Of a stretch of 64,000 nucleotides of DNA, positions 1 through 10,055 are shown piece after piece. The DNA comes from Alphaproteobacteria bacterium (GTDB lineage Bacteria > Pseudomonadota > Alphaproteobacteria > UBA828). Each line of letters begins with the position of its first letter. Within the stretch, counting starts at the first letter, position 1. Both the position numbers and the translations under genes were made by a program. The stretch spans positions 480,001 to 544,000 of the forward strand of contig CBDCRW010000004.1 of assembly GCA_965221125.1 (NCBI GenBank), written 5' to 3'. The notes below the pieces were generated by a model that was not told the origin of the DNA, ran no database searches, and saw nothing but the letters and a program-made list of their open reading frames with translations.

Positions 1-49
1 CCGCCCCGGGCCGGAATGGTCTCGCGCCCGCCCGCCATGGCGGCGGCTC

Positions 50-1237
50 CTAGTGGAGGCGCTCGACGGCGAGCGCCGTGGCCTCGCCGCCGCCGATGCA
101 GAGCGCGGCCGCGCCCTTGTCGAGGCCGTACTTCTCCAGCGCCGCCAGCAGGGTAATGACGATGCGGGCACCCGACGCGCCGACCGGATGGCCGAGGGCG
201 CAGGCGCCGCCGTGGACGTTCACCTTCTCGTGGTCGAGGTCGAGGTCGCGCATCGCCGCCATCGTGACGACGGCGAAGGCCTCGTTGATCTCGTAGAGGT
301 CTACGTCGTCCGCCTCCCAGCCCACCTTCTCGAAGAGCTTGCGGAGCGCGGGCCCCGGCGCGGTGGTGAACCAGGCCGGCGCTTGCGCGTGCGTCGCGTG
401 GCCGTGGATGATGGCGATGGGCTCGAGCCCCCGCATCTCGGCCTCGGAGCGCCGCATCAGCACCAGCGCCGCGCCGCCGTCCGAAATCGAGCTGGAGTTG
501 GCGGCGGTCACCGAGCCGTCCTTGGCGAAGGCGGGGCGCAGCGTCGGGATCTTGTCGAAATCGGCGGTGAGCGGCTGCTCGTCTTGGGCGACGACGGTCT
601 CGCCCTTGCGGTGCCTGACGGTGACCGGCGTCACCTCGCCGTCGAAGGAGCCGTCCTCGATCGCCGTCTTCGCGCGGGTGAGCGAGGTGATGGCGAACTC
701 GTCCTGCTGCTCGCGGGTGAACTGGTAGCTGCGCGCCGTCTCCTCGGCGAAGTGGCCCATCAGCTTGCCCTTGTCGTAGGCGTCCTCCAGGCCGTCGAGG
801 AACATGTGGTCCTGCACCTTGCCGTGGCCGATGCGGTAGCCGCCGCGCGCGCGGTCGAGCAGGTAGGGCGCGTTGGTCATGCTCTCCATGCCGCCGGCCA
901 CGACGATGGCGCCGGAGCCGGCCGCGATCAGGTCGTGGGCGAACATGGTGGCCTTCATGCCGGAGCCGCACATCTTGTTGATGGTGGTGCAGCCGACGGC
1001 CTCGGGGATGCCGGCGCCGATGGAGGCCTGGCGCGCCGGCGCCTGCCCCTGGCCGGCGGAGAGGATGTTGCCCATGATCACTTCGTCGACCTCGTCGGCG
1101 GCGACGCCAGCGCGATCCAGCGCCGCTTCGATCGCGGCAGAGCCCAGCTCGGGCGCCCGCGCATCCTTCAGCGCACCCTGAAACCCGCCCATGGGGGTGC
1201 GCGCCATGCCAACGATGACGATCGGATCATCCATCAT
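50..1237 (-). CDS. acetyl-CoA C-acyltransferase (thiolase)
   Basis: Thiolase motifs NKMCGSGM (active Cys), [20 protein letters not shown]. Confidence 0.95.
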   Translation of the reverse strand: MMDDPIVIVGMARTPMGGFQGALKDARAPELGSAAIEAALDRAGVAADEVDEVIMGNILSAGQGQAPARQASIGAGIPEAVGCTTINKMCGSGMKATMFAHDLIAAGSGAIVVAGGMESMTNAPYLLDRARGGYRIGHGKVQDHMFLDGLEDAYDKGKLMGHFAEETARSYQFTREQQDEFAITSLTRAKTAIEDGSFDGEVTPVTVRHRKGETVVAQDEQPLTADFDKIPTLRPAFAKDGSVTAANSSSISDGGAALVLMRRSEAEMRGLEPIAIIHGHATHAQAPAWFTTAPGPALRKLFEKVGWEADDVDLYEINEAFAVVTMAAMRDLDLDHEKVNVHGGACALGHPVGASGARIVITLLAALEKYGLDKGAAALCIGGGEATALAVERLH

Positions 1238-1387
1238 GTTCTGTGTTCTCCCGGCTCGAGCGCGCCAATGCTGCGCTGCAGCACACTACATAGTCCCTGC
1301 CCCGGCGAATATCCAATTTTCATGTTTCCCGGACGCGGGCTTCTCGATCTGGTGGGGCCGCGCGGCGAGCGAAGTGGCGAACGAAAG

Positions 1388-1415
1388 CCGGCCGGATGAG
1401 ATCCCATCCGGCCGG
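1388..1415 (-). terminator. probable intrinsic terminator of the sox operon
   Basis: 11-bp perfect stem ccggccggatg/catccggccgg followed on the minus strand by ctttcgtt, downstream of the soxF-like stop. Confidence 0.55.
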
Positions 1416-1477
1416 GTCGTGCCTCAGCGGGAACGACGGCGGCGCCCCGAGTCAGAGGGGGAGCGCCGCCGGCAGGA

Positions 1478-2773
1478 TCAGCTGAACATGTCGTCGCTAA
1501 TGGCGGCGTACCAGCCGAGCGATTCCTCGTAGGTCGCCTTGCGCAGCTCCGCGCTTTCCCCGGTCTTGGAGATGAAGCCGTCGGTCTTGGCGATCTTCTC
1601 GTCGGTCGCCTCGTAGGAGGCGCCGACCTTGACGCCGTCGTCGGTGCCGATCAGCGACCAGCAGGTGTTGGAGAAGCGCGGCGGGAATACCGAGGAGTCG
1701 GTAAGCGCGCCGCGCACCGCCATGGCGCAGGCCTTCGCCTGGCTGTTGGCCGAGAAGCCAGACTTCGGCATGTCGCCCTGGTGCGCGGCATCACCGAGTA
1801 CGTGGATGTTCTCGTCGGCCCGGCTCTGCATGGTGTGCGGCACGATGGGCGCCCAGCCGGCCTCGTTGGTGATGCCGGCGACCGCGGCGATGCGCCCGGC
1901 CTGCTGCGCCGGGATGACGTTGCAGACGTCCACCTTCATGGCCTCGCCGTCCACCACCACCTCCATGGCCTCAGGGCGCACCTCGACCTTGTCGCCCCCA
2001 AAATCCGGGCCGATGCGCTCGACCATGCCGGGGTAGTGGCGCTGCCAGCCGTCCTCGAACAGCCCCTGCTTGGAGAACTTCTCCTTGGGGTCGACGATGA
2101 TGATCTTCGCCGAAGGATTCGACTGCTTCAGCACGTGGGCCACCATCGAGATGCGCTCGTAGGGCCCGGGCGGGCAGCGGAAGGGGTTGGGGGGCGCCAC
2201 CATGCAGTAGGTGCCGCCCTCCGGCATGGCCTCGATCTGCGCCTTGAGAAGCTGGGTCTGCGAGCCGGCCTTGTAGGCGTGCGGCATGCGGTTTTGCTGC
2301 GAGAGGTCCCATCCGGGGACGGAGCCGTCGCGGAAGTCGATGCCCGGCGAGAGCACGAGGCGGTCGTAGGCGAGGCTGCCGCCGCCCGCGAGCCCTACGC
2401 TCCGCGTGTCGCGGTCGACGGAGACCGCCCAGTCGTGCACGACGTTGATTCCGTGGTTCGCGGCCAGCGCGCCGTAGCTGTGCCCGATGGACGCGTATTC
2501 GCGGAAGCCGCCGATGTAGAGGTTGGAGAAGAAGCAGGAGTAGTAGGCGCGGCTCGGCTCCACGAGCGTCACGTCCACCGCACCTTTCGAATCCTTGGCG
2601 ATGTAGCGGGCTGCCGTCGCGCCGCCCGCGCCGCCGCCCACGACCACGACGCGGGGGCGTCCCTCGGCCATCACCGCCGGCGCCGAGAGCGCCGATACCG
2701 CCGTCGTCGCCGCAGCCGCGGATGCAAGGAATCCGCGACGGCTGAGACCGTTCTTTCCGTTCTGTTTGCTCAT
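1478..2773 (-). CDS. soxF: flavocytochrome c sulfide dehydrogenase flavoprotein subunit (SoxF/FccB type), Tat-exported
   Basis: Tat motif SRRGFL; GGGAGG FAD motif; CPPGPYER; MPKSGFSANSQ; NTCWS. Start placed at MSKQ after a ggggaga RBS. Confidence 0.88.
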   Translation of the reverse strand: MSKQNGKNGLSRRGFLASAAAATTAVSALSAPAVMAEGRPRVVVVGGGAGGATAARYIAKDSKGAVDVTLVEPSRAYYSCFFSNLYIGGFREYASIGHSYGALAANHGINVVHDWAVSVDRDTRSVGLAGGGSLAYDRLVLSPGIDFRDGSVPGWDLSQQNRMPHAYKAGSQTQLLKAQIEAMPEGGTYCMVAPPNPFRCPPGPYERISMVAHVLKQSNPSAKIIIVDPKEKFSKQGLFEDGWQRHYPGMVERIGPDFGGDKVEVRPEAMEVVVDGEAMKVDVCNVIPAQQAGRIAAVAGITNEAGWAPIVPHTMQSRADENIHVLGDAAHQGDMPKSGFSANSQAKACAMAVRGALTDSSVFPPRFSNTCWSLIGTDDGVKVGASYEATDEKIAKTDGFISKTGESAELRKATYEESLGWYAAISDDMFS

Positions 2774-2790
2774 CACGCGTCTCCCCTGGT

Positions 2791-3585
2791 TCACGGGTTG
2801 TCTTCTGCTCTCTGGAAATGCGCAGCGAGAGCGGCGATCTCCTCGTCCGACAGGCGCCCGGCCACGAGCTGCATGACGGGATGGACCCTCTTTCCGCCCT
2901 TGTACGCGTGCAAGGCTATCACGAAGTCATCGAGCGGCCATCCGGTTATCGAGGGGATGCCCTCGTCCGTGCCGTCGATCCTGTGGCAGGTGGTGCATTC
3001 GCCCGCGAGGTAGGCGCCGTATTCCGGGTCTCCCTGGATGGCGAGGATATCGGGGTCGAGGCCGTATTCCTCGGGCGTGGCCGTCGGTTCCGCCGGCGGC
3101 AGATCGGCGCCCGCGCCGGAGAAGCCGCGCAGCCACGCCAGGAGCAGCGCCCGGTCCTCCGCACCCTCCATGCCGTCGAAGCTCATGCGCGAGTGCGGCA
3201 CGAAGGTGTGCGGATCGGCGAGAAACGCATCCAGGGTCGCCTCGCTCCAGACCAGGCCGCCGGCACCGGCCTCCCGCATCGCCTGGGAGTAGCGAAAGCC
3301 GGCAAGCGAGCCGGCGGTGCGGCCGAAGACGTCGTTGAGGTGCGGGCCGATCCGGTTCTCCGCGCCGCCGCCCGCCTGGTGGCAGCGCTTGCACTGGGCG
3401 AAGAGCGCCTTGCCGCGCTCGGCATCGGCGCTCCATGCGCCGGAGGCGGGGAGAACCATGAGCAGGCCCAGGGCAAGCAGGCCGGAAGCGAGGCATGCCG
3501 CGAGACCGGCCGGCCAGGGCCCGCGTCTCCGGGCGGCTCTAGTCGACCTCAACCCGCTTGCTGAGCGTGTAGACGGAGCCGTCAT
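2791..3585 (-). CDS. diheme c-type cytochrome (SoxE-like)
   Basis: Two CxxCH motifs (CKRCH, CTTCH), N-terminal hydrophobic signal, position between soxZ and soxF; start uncertain. Confidence 0.85.
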   Translation of the reverse strand: MTAPSTRSASGLRSTRAARRRGPWPAGLAACLASGLLALGLLMVLPASGAWSADAERGKALFAQCKRCHQAGGGAENRIGPHLNDVFGRTAGSLAGFRYSQAMREAGAGGLVWSEATLDAFLADPHTFVPHSRMSFDGMEGAEDRALLLAWLRGFSGAGADLPPAEPTATPEEYGLDPDILAIQGDPEYGAYLAGECTTCHRIDGTDEGIPSITGWPLDDFVIALHAYKGGKRVHPVMQLVAGRLSDEEIAALAAHFQRAEDNP

Positions 3586-3865
3586 CGTCGACCCATTGGA
3601 AATCCAGCTGGCCCGACTCCGGGACGGCCATCTCGAACTGGATGTAGGGATCGGCCGAGACCGCCGGCTCCAGATCGGCGGAGAACGCCACCTCGCCGTT
3701 GTAGCTCACCACGAAGCGGTTGATGATCCGGCGGGGCACGAGCGCGCCCTCGCTGTCGTGGCGCTCGCCCGTGTGCATCGGATGGGTGATGCGGGTCCTG
3801 ACCGTGAACGGGACGCCCGCCGCGATCGACCTCGGCAGCTTCACGCGCGGTGTGGGTTCCGCCAT
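3539..3865 (-). CDS. soxZ: sulfur carrier complex protein SoxZ
   Basis: HPMHTG, PRRIINRF, AVSADPYIQF, WVDDDG motifs; follows soxY. Confidence 0.9.
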   Translation of the reverse strand: MAEPTPRVKLPRSIAAGVPFTVRTRITHPMHTGERHDSEGALVPRRIINRFVVSYNGEVAFSADLEPAVSADPYIQFEMAVPESGQLDFQWVDDDGSVYTLSKRVEVD

Positions 3866-3875
3866 CGCCCGTTCC

Positions 3876-4295
3876 TCAGCCGCAGCCGCCGACCGTCACC
3901 GCGATCTTCTGGGAGGCCTCGCGGTATGTGCCGTCCGCCATCTCAGCCACCGCGTAGACCGTCTGGCTCTTGGCGAGGCGGATGCGGATCGTGGCTTCAG
4001 CCGGCACCAGCCTGCCGAAGTTGAAGACCGCGACGCCCGGATTGGGGTTGCCGTCGTTGAAGAGCGCGATGCGCCGCGCGCCCTCGGCGACGACACGGAC
4101 CGGCACGGCGCCGCCGTTGTCGAAGATCTCCGGCGCGTCCAGGAGCACGCCGCCTTCCAGCCTGAGCGCGCCGCCGGTGAACGCGTCGATGGCCTGGAAC
4201 ACGCCGTTGGAGGCGCTGGCCGCGCCGGCGGGAAGCAGCGCGGCCGCGGCGGCCCCGGCGCTTGCCAGCAACACATCCCTTCGTGTCGGAGTCAC
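3876..4295 (-). CDS. soxY: sulfur carrier protein SoxY
   Basis: Tat-like TRRDVL, APEIFDNGGAVP, NPNP, C-terminal VTVGGCG swinging arm. Confidence 0.9.
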   Translation of the reverse strand: MTPTRRDVLLASAGAAAAALLPAGAASASNGVFQAIDAFTGGALRLEGGVLLDAPEIFDNGGAVPVRVVAEGARRIALFNDGNPNPGVAVFNFGRLVPAEATIRIRLAKSQTVYAVAEMADGTYREASQKIAVTVGGCG

Positions 4296-4330
4296 GATGC
4301 AGCCTCCACCAGCCCGCAGGGCCTAGGGCG

Positions 4331-4359
4331 ATATGGCGCCCCATTCGGGCGCCGTCAAG
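4331..4359 (-). promoter_or_regulatory. putative sigma70 promoter of soxY
   Basis: Minus strand reads CTTGAC-N17-CCATAT, close to the alphaproteobacterial RpoD consensus CTTGAC-N17-CTATAT. Confidence 0.5.
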
Positions 4360-4384
4360 CCCCCGTTGCGGCCCGTCACATGCG

Positions 4385-4413
4385 TTGACGGGGGCGGGCC
4401 TTCGCGCCAGCAT
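4385..4413 (+). promoter_or_regulatory. putative sigma70 promoter of the amidohydrolase operon
   Basis: TTGACG-N17-CAGCAT, divergent from the soxY promoter. Confidence 0.35.
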
Positions 4414-4453
4414 AACGGATTCCGCGAGCGTGGCTCTCAGGGAGGAACGGGAC

Positions 4454-5731
4454 ATGGCGCGCACCGTCTTCACCAACGTCAGCATCTACGACGGCAACGG
4501 CAAGAGGCCCTTCCGGGGCGAGGTGTCGATTCAGGGCAACCGCATCGAGAGGGTCGCGAGGAACGGCCAGAAACTCTCGCGGCGGGGCGCCGCGGTGGTG
4601 GACGGCGACGGCGCCACGCTCATGCCGGGGCTCGTGAACGCCCACTGCCACATGAGCTACACCGGGCCGCAGTCGATGGCCGAGATCCCGCCCGAGGAGC
4701 ACACGCTCATCACCATGCACAACGCCAGGACGATCATCGACCACGGCGTGACGGCGGCGGTGGGCGCGGGCGCCGCAAAGACCCGCCTCGACATCGTGAT
4801 CCGGAACGAGATCGACGCGGGCCGCATCCCCGGCCCCCGCTACCGCGCGTGCTCGCCGGAGATCACCGTCACCGGCGGCCTCGGCGACCAGCGCATGGAG
4901 CACTACTACAAGAACGACCTCTCGCTCTTCGCCGACGGGCCGGAGGAGATCCGCCAGGCCTGTCGCATGCTGGTCCGCGAGGGGGTCGACATCATCAAGC
5001 TCATGCCGTCGGGCGATCATCTGATTCCGGGCTCGTGCGACGCCACCCAGAGCGCGATGGACGAGGATGAGATCGCCGCTGGTGCCAAGGTCGCGCACCA
5101 GCGGGGCCGCCGCCTCGCCGCGCACGCGCGCAACCCGGACTCCATCAGGCTCTGCATCAAGTACGGGATCGAGCTGATCTATCACGCGACCTACGCGGAC
5201 GAGGAATCCCTCGACCTGCTGGAAGAGCACAAGGACAAGCACTGGGTGGTGCCGGCCATCGGCTTCACCCATGCGACCGCCTACGAGGCCGGCGACTTCG
5301 GCATCACGCCGGAAGAGGCCGAGCGCTGGGGCTTCGTCCGCGAGCTTCAGATCGGGGCGGAGACGCTGAAGAAGATGCACAAGCGCGGCATCAAGGTGCT
5401 GCCCTTCGGCGACTATGGCTTCCCCTGGACGCCCCACGGCCAGATGGCGCGGGACTTCGAGCACTTCGTCAACTATCTCGGCATGAAACCCCATGAGATC
5501 CTGCGCGCCGCGACCCAGTACGGCGCCGAGGCCTTCGCTGCGCCGGACGAGCTGGGCCGAATCAAGCCCGGCTACCTCGCCGACCTGCTGCTGATCGACG
5601 GCAACCCCTTCGCCGACCTGACGCTCTTCCAGGACGAGGCGAACATCCTGATGGTCATGAAGGACGGCGCCTACCACAAGCCGCCGCGGGAAAGGCGCGC
5701 GCTCGCCCAGCAGGTCGCCGCCGCGGAATAG
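4454..5731 (+). CDS. metal-dependent amidohydrolase family protein
   Basis: MPGLVNAHCH (HxH), IKLM, AAHA, IYHA, GRIKPGYLADLLLIDGNP; ggagga RBS before the ATG at 4454. Confidence 0.88.
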   Translation: MARTVFTNVSIYDGNGKRPFRGEVSIQGNRIERVARNGQKLSRRGAAVVDGDGATLMPGLVNAHCHMSYTGPQSMAEIPPEEHTLITMHNARTIIDHGVTAAVGAGAAKTRLDIVIRNEIDAGRIPGPRYRACSPEITVTGGLGDQRMEHYYKNDLSLFADGPEEIRQACRMLVREGVDIIKLMPSGDHLIPGSCDATQSAMDEDEIAAGAKVAHQRGRRLAAHARNPDSIRLCIKYGIELIYHATYADEESLDLLEEHKDKHWVVPAIGFTHATAYEAGDFGITPEEAERWGFVRELQIGAETLKKMHKRGIKVLPFGDYGFPWTPHGQMARDFEHFVNYLGMKPHEILRAATQYGAEAFAAPDELGRIKPGYLADLLLIDGNPFADLTLFQDEANILMVMKDGAYHKPPRERRALAQQVAAAE

Positions 5732-5744
5732 CCGCGCGCCCGCC

Positions 5745-6917
5745 ATGGCGGCGCTCGACCGGGAGACCCTGCTCGCGCGTGCGGAGGCGCTGATCCCCGC
5801 GCTGCGCGAGCGGGCCGCCCAGGCCGAGGAGCTGCGGCGGATCCCCGACGAGAGCATTGGCGACCTTATCGAAAGCGGCCTGATCCGGGCGACGCTGCCG
5901 TCTCGCTTCGGCGGCGCCGAGGTGGATTACCGCACGATGATGGAGGTCGTGGCGCTGATCTCCCGCGGCTGTGCCTCCACCGGCTGGGTCTACTGCAACC
6001 TCGCGAGCTGCACCTTCAAGCTCGCGCTCTGGCCCCGCGAGGCGCAGGACGAAATCTGGGAGGCGGACAGGGACGCGCTGCTCACCGGCAACCTGATCTT
6101 CCCCTGCGGCAAGGCGACACGGGTGGAGGGCGGCTATCGGCTGAGCGGGCGCTGGCCCTTCGGCAGCGGCATCGACCACGCCTGCGCCAACTTCTTCGCC
6201 GCCATGGTGACGGGCAAGGAGCCGCCGGAGTTCCGCCTCTTCCTGGTGCCGAAGGGGGAGTACACGGTCCTCGACACCTGGCGGGCCTCCGGCCTGCGCG
6301 GCACCGGCAGCAACGACGCGGCCGTGGACGACCTGTTCGTGCCGGAATACCGCACCATCGATGCGAAGGATACGCGCAACGGCGCCGCACCCGGCAACGC
6401 GGTCAACCCCGGCACGGTCTACCGTCTGCCGCTCTTCGCCATGTTCTTCACCTGGGTGGGCGCGGCCGTGCTCGGCATGGCGGAAGCGGCGGTGGAAGGC
6501 TATGTCGAGGCCACGCGCACCCGCGCGGCGCACTACTCGGGCCAGCGCCTGGCGGAGCTCGGCACCATCCACGTCAAGATCGCCGAGGCCCGCGCTGCGG
6601 TGGCGACGGCGCGGCGCATCTACCTCGGCAACTGCGACGAGGCGACGGCGATCGCCGAGGGCGGCGCGCTGCCGGATGCCGAGGCCCGCGCCCGCTACCG
6701 GGCCGAGGGCGCCTTTGCCGCCCGGCTCTGCTGCCAGGCGGTCGATCTGATCACGGCGGCGAGCGGCGGCGGCGGCGTCTACGACACGAACCCGCTATCC
6801 CGCGCCTTCCGCGACATTCACGCGGGCACCGCCCACATCACCCAGACCTGGGACCCCAATGCCGTCACCTACGGCCGCCTCGCGCTCGGCCTGGAGACGG
6901 ACAACCCGCTGCTCTAA
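5745..6917 (+). CDS. flavin-dependent monooxygenase, acyl-CoA dehydrogenase fold (HsaA-like oxygenase component)
   Basis: RERAAQAEELRRIP, LSGRWPFGSG, GLRGTGSND, RAFRDIHAGTAH. Confidence 0.85.
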   Translation: MAALDRETLLARAEALIPALRERAAQAEELRRIPDESIGDLIESGLIRATLPSRFGGAEVDYRTMMEVVALISRGCASTGWVYCNLASCTFKLALWPREAQDEIWEADRDALLTGNLIFPCGKATRVEGGYRLSGRWPFGSGIDHACANFFAAMVTGKEPPEFRLFLVPKGEYTVLDTWRASGLRGTGSNDAAVDDLFVPEYRTIDAKDTRNGAAPGNAVNPGTVYRLPLFAMFFTWVGAAVLGMAEAAVEGYVEATRTRAAHYSGQRLAELGTIHVKIAEARAAVATARRIYLGNCDEATAIAEGGALPDAEARARYRAEGAFAARLCCQAVDLITAASGGGGVYDTNPLSRAFRDIHAGTAHITQTWDPNAVTYGRLALGLETDNPLL

Positions 6918-6941
6918 TCCCCTCACGCTCCGGCAGTTGCG

Positions 6942-7571
6942 TCAGTGCTGCTTGAGCGCGGGGAAGCCGGAGTATTCCGCGGAATGATCGCCCGCGTGGT
7001 TCTCCATGCCGGGCTTGGTGAGGCAGCCCTTGGGCAGGACGTAGCTGTCGATGCGTCTGACGGGCCTCTCGTGCCAGCGCAGGTTGAAGGCGGCGTATCT
7101 GGGGAAGAACATCATGTCCGAATACGGCAGGTTGTCGTGCACCCACCAGGCGAGCGCCCGCCACGGCGTGCCTGCCTCGTAGCGCCGGACGAACCAAGGG
7201 ATCACGATGCAGGCGGTCGCCCCCATGAGGCCGTCGGCGTCCCGCCGGTCCCACACGTGGCGGCTGTGGTTCCAGGTCGTCTCGGCGCAGTTGTAGCCGT
7301 GGTCCCGGCGCTCGTGGCCGAACTGGTTCACCCTGACGGAGCGAAACGCGGAACGGATCGACACGTGGCCGAAGGTGGCGTGCAGCGGCTCCAGCAATTC
7401 CTCGCAGAGCCGGGTTCCCGCCGCGATGGCGAGATCTGGATCGTCCGGCATGTTCGTGATGCCGTGAAAATTTGCGATTTCGCTATAGAGCATCTCGCGC
7501 ATGAAGAAGTGTTCCGACAACCGGACCCGGCCGAGCGTCTCGAGAGCCTTCATGGAAGCGGGTTTTTGCAT
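6942..7571 (-). CDS. conserved hypothetical protein, peptidase M15A-like N-terminus
   Basis: RLSEHFFMREMLYSE, LLEPL, IRSAFRS..VN resemble the M15A fold; start MQKP after an aaggag RBS. Confidence 0.65.
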   Translation of the reverse strand: MQKPASMKALETLGRVRLSEHFFMREMLYSEIANFHGITNMPDDPDLAIAAGTRLCEELLEPLHATFGHVSIRSAFRSVRVNQFGHERRDHGYNCAETTWNHSRHVWDRRDADGLMGATACIVIPWFVRRYEAGTPWRALAWWVHDNLPYSDMMFFPRYAAFNLRWHERPVRRIDSYVLPKGCLTKPGMENHAGDHSAEYSGFPALKQH

Positions 7572-7848
7572 GGCATGCTCCTTCCGCAGTCGCCGTCGGT
7601 CTATTGCAGAATACGCAATCGAGAGGCGGCGGCGACAGCCATCAAACTTGGGGGGCGCCCGGCGAGTCCCGTCGCCCGCCCCTTCACTCGCCCGCCCCAA
7701 TGTGATTCGGATGTGCCATCGGGCATGGCACCGGCAGGCTGAATCCGTGTATGATCCGCCTGATGCGTGCGCGGGGGCCGCGCCACGGCCAGGAGCGGCA
7801 GCCCGGCGCGAAACATTTTGGCGTGCTGACAGGCAAGGGAGGCTCAGC

Positions 7849-9042
7849 ATGAGCGAGAAATGGGGTAATCCGGACATATCGCGCCGCGGCGTGCTTAAGG
7901 GCGCGGCGGCCACAGCGGCGGTGGCTGCCGCGGGCACGCTTGGCGCGACGCGCGGCGTGCAGGCAGCGTCGACGACGGTCAAGGGCTACGGCGTCACCAC
8001 GTCGCAGCTCAAGGACTGGTCCATCATGGAGAAGGCCATCGGCATCACGATGGAGTTCACCGGGACCAACGCCGACATCGGCACCTACATGCGGGACGTG
8101 ATCTCGAACGACCTCGGCGAGACGCACGACATCTTCATCTTCGACGGCGGCACCGAGGACATCCTGGGGCCGCAGGGCTACTACGCCACGGTCATCGAGG
8201 ATCATCCGAACCTCGAGCTCTGGGGGCGGACGTCGGACGACTGGAAGCGCACCGACCTGCTGCAGGACAACGACGGCAACCAGTTCGGCGTGCCCGTCAT
8301 CGGTAATGCGGACAGCTTCGGCTACTTCCCCGAGGCGATCGGCGCCAACCCGGAGGGTCTCGACGAGATCCCCTGGAGCAAGATGTTCGAGGACGAGGAC
8401 ACCAAGGGCCGCGTCTCGCTCGACCGCAGCTGGCTGCTGTCCAGCCCCGAGGTCGCACTCTACCTCAAGGCGAACGGCCGGGCCGAGATCGACGACGTCG
8501 CCAACATGACCGGCGAGGAGGCCCGCGTGGTCGCGGACTTCGCGGCGGACCGCAAGCGCGCCGGCCAGTTCCGCTCGCTCCACGCGGCCTTCGAGGAGCA
8601 GGTGCAGCTTCTCAGCAACAAGGAGATCGACCTGATCAACTGCTGGGAGCCCGCGACCAAGGAGGCCAACAACATCCTCGGCCCCGGCACGGTGATCTAC
8701 GCATTCACCGTCGAGGGCTATTACAAGTGGGGCCACGGCGCCTACATGCACACCAAGGCCGGCGAGCGCGACAACGTCGACAACATCTACAAGGTCCTGA
8801 ACTACTACATGACCGGCGAGTACCGCGCCTATCAGGCGATCCAGCGCGGCTACGCCGGCCCCAACATGGACCTCGGCGTGCAGTTCGCGCAGGAGAACGG
8901 CTGGCCGGAGGAGCAGGTCGAAGAGCTCAAGTGGACCGAGGTCAAGGTCAACAAGAAGTTCGAGAAGCCCTTCTTCGGCAAGCCCGCGGCGCCGAACTCG
9001 GACGTGATGGAAGAGGAGTGGCAGCGGTTCCTGAACGCCTGA
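7849..9042 (+). CDS. ABC transporter substrate-binding protein, PotD/PotF-like, Tat-exported
   Basis: SRRGVLKG Tat motif; ggagg RBS; followed by two PotB/PotC-type permeases. Confidence 0.8.
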   Translation: MSEKWGNPDISRRGVLKGAAATAAVAAAGTLGATRGVQAASTTVKGYGVTTSQLKDWSIMEKAIGITMEFTGTNADIGTYMRDVISNDLGETHDIFIFDGGTEDILGPQGYYATVIEDHPNLELWGRTSDDWKRTDLLQDNDGNQFGVPVIGNADSFGYFPEAIGANPEGLDEIPWSKMFEDEDTKGRVSLDRSWLLSSPEVALYLKANGRAEIDDVANMTGEEARVVADFAADRKRAGQFRSLHAAFEEQVQLLSNKEIDLINCWEPATKEANNILGPGTVIYAFTVEGYYKWGHGAYMHTKAGERDNVDNIYKVLNYYMTGEYRAYQAIQRGYAGPNMDLGVQFAQENGWPEEQVEELKWTEVKVNKKFEKPFFGKPAAPNSDVMEEEWQRFLNA

Positions 9043-9066
9043 TCGCACACTCCTGATGTGACCAAG

Positions 9067-9120
9067 GCCCCGGTGCGCCCCGCGAACACCTTCGCACGGC
9101 GCGCCGGGGCTCTTTCTTTG
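9067..9120 (+). terminator. stem-loop with T-rich tail after the binding-protein gene
   Basis: gccccggtgcgcc...ggcgcgccggggc followed by tctttctttg. Confidence 0.45.
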
Positions 9121-9130
9121 TCGGCGAGCG

Positions 9131-10051
9131 ATGACTGACTCGGCGGGAAGCGGCTTCCTGGACGACCTCCGCGCCGGCTACACCCGGATGTTCTCGGGCA
9201 ACTGGGTGGTGCCGGTCTTCGTCGCGGTCTGGGTGATCATCGTCGTCCTGCCGCTGCTCGTCATGGTGGCGCACTCGTTCTTCGAGATGAAGAACTACCA
9301 GGTGTCCTACGACGCCGGGTTCAAGACGTGGAACTCGCTGATCGATTCCGGGCGCTGGATCGCGGCGGTGCGCACGCTCCGCGTCGTGCTCGTGATGACG
9401 GTCGTCGAGTTCCTGATCGCCTTCCCCTTCGCGCTGTGGCTCGCCAAGACCTGCAAGTCGAAGGTGACCAAGGCGGTCATCATCACGTTGCTCACCATCC
9501 CGTTCTTCCTCGACCCCTCGTCGCGGACGATCATCTGGCGCGCCATCCTCGGCAAGAACGGCATCATCAACACCGTCCTCATGGAGCTCGGCATCATCAG
9601 CGAGCCCATGGAATGGATGCTGTTCTCAGAATTCGCGGTCCACTTCGGGATGCTCGCGCCCTACTTCCCGACGATGGTGTTCCCCATCTTCCTGGTCGTC
9701 AGCCTCATCGACGACCACTACCTGGAGGCGAGCCGCGACCTCGGCGCGAGCAAGCTGCACACGCTCTTCTACATCATCCTGCCGCTCTCGCTGCCGGGCA
9801 TCGTCGCGGGCGCGGTCTTCACCATGGTGCCGCTCATGGCGACCTGGGTGGAGCCCGAGATGCTGGGCGGCGGCTTCGTCAACCTGCTCGGTCCATCGGT
9901 GGAAGCGGCGATTCGAAACCTGAAATACCCGACCGCGGCCGCGCTCTCGGTCTTCGTCATCATCGTGCTCGCGCTGCTGCTCACGCTGCTGATCCTGGCG
10001 ACGCGGCGGCTGGGCTCCATCGGCGACGTCTTCCAGGCGATGAGGCGCTAG
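9131..10051 (+). CDS. ABC transporter permease (PotB-like)
   Basis: Multiple TM segments; EAA loop EASRDLGAS; LPLSLPGI. Confidence 0.88.
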   Translation: MTDSAGSGFLDDLRAGYTRMFSGNWVVPVFVAVWVIIVVLPLLVMVAHSFFEMKNYQVSYDAGFKTWNSLIDSGRWIAAVRTLRVVLVMTVVEFLIAFPFALWLAKTCKSKVTKAVIITLLTIPFFLDPSSRTIIWRAILGKNGIINTVLMELGIISEPMEWMLFSEFAVHFGMLAPYFPTMVFPIFLVVSLIDDHYLEASRDLGASKLHTLFYIILPLSLPGIVAGAVFTMVPLMATWVEPEMLGGGFVNLLGPSVEAAIRNLKYPTAAALSVFVIIVLALLLTLLILATRRLGSIGDVFQAMRR

Positions 10052-10055
10052 GACG

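Noticed and set aside
7714-7730. TGCCAT-N5-ATGGCA palindrome or sigma54 site
   Set aside because: No correctly spaced TTGC -12 element; a single short palindrome is insufficient.
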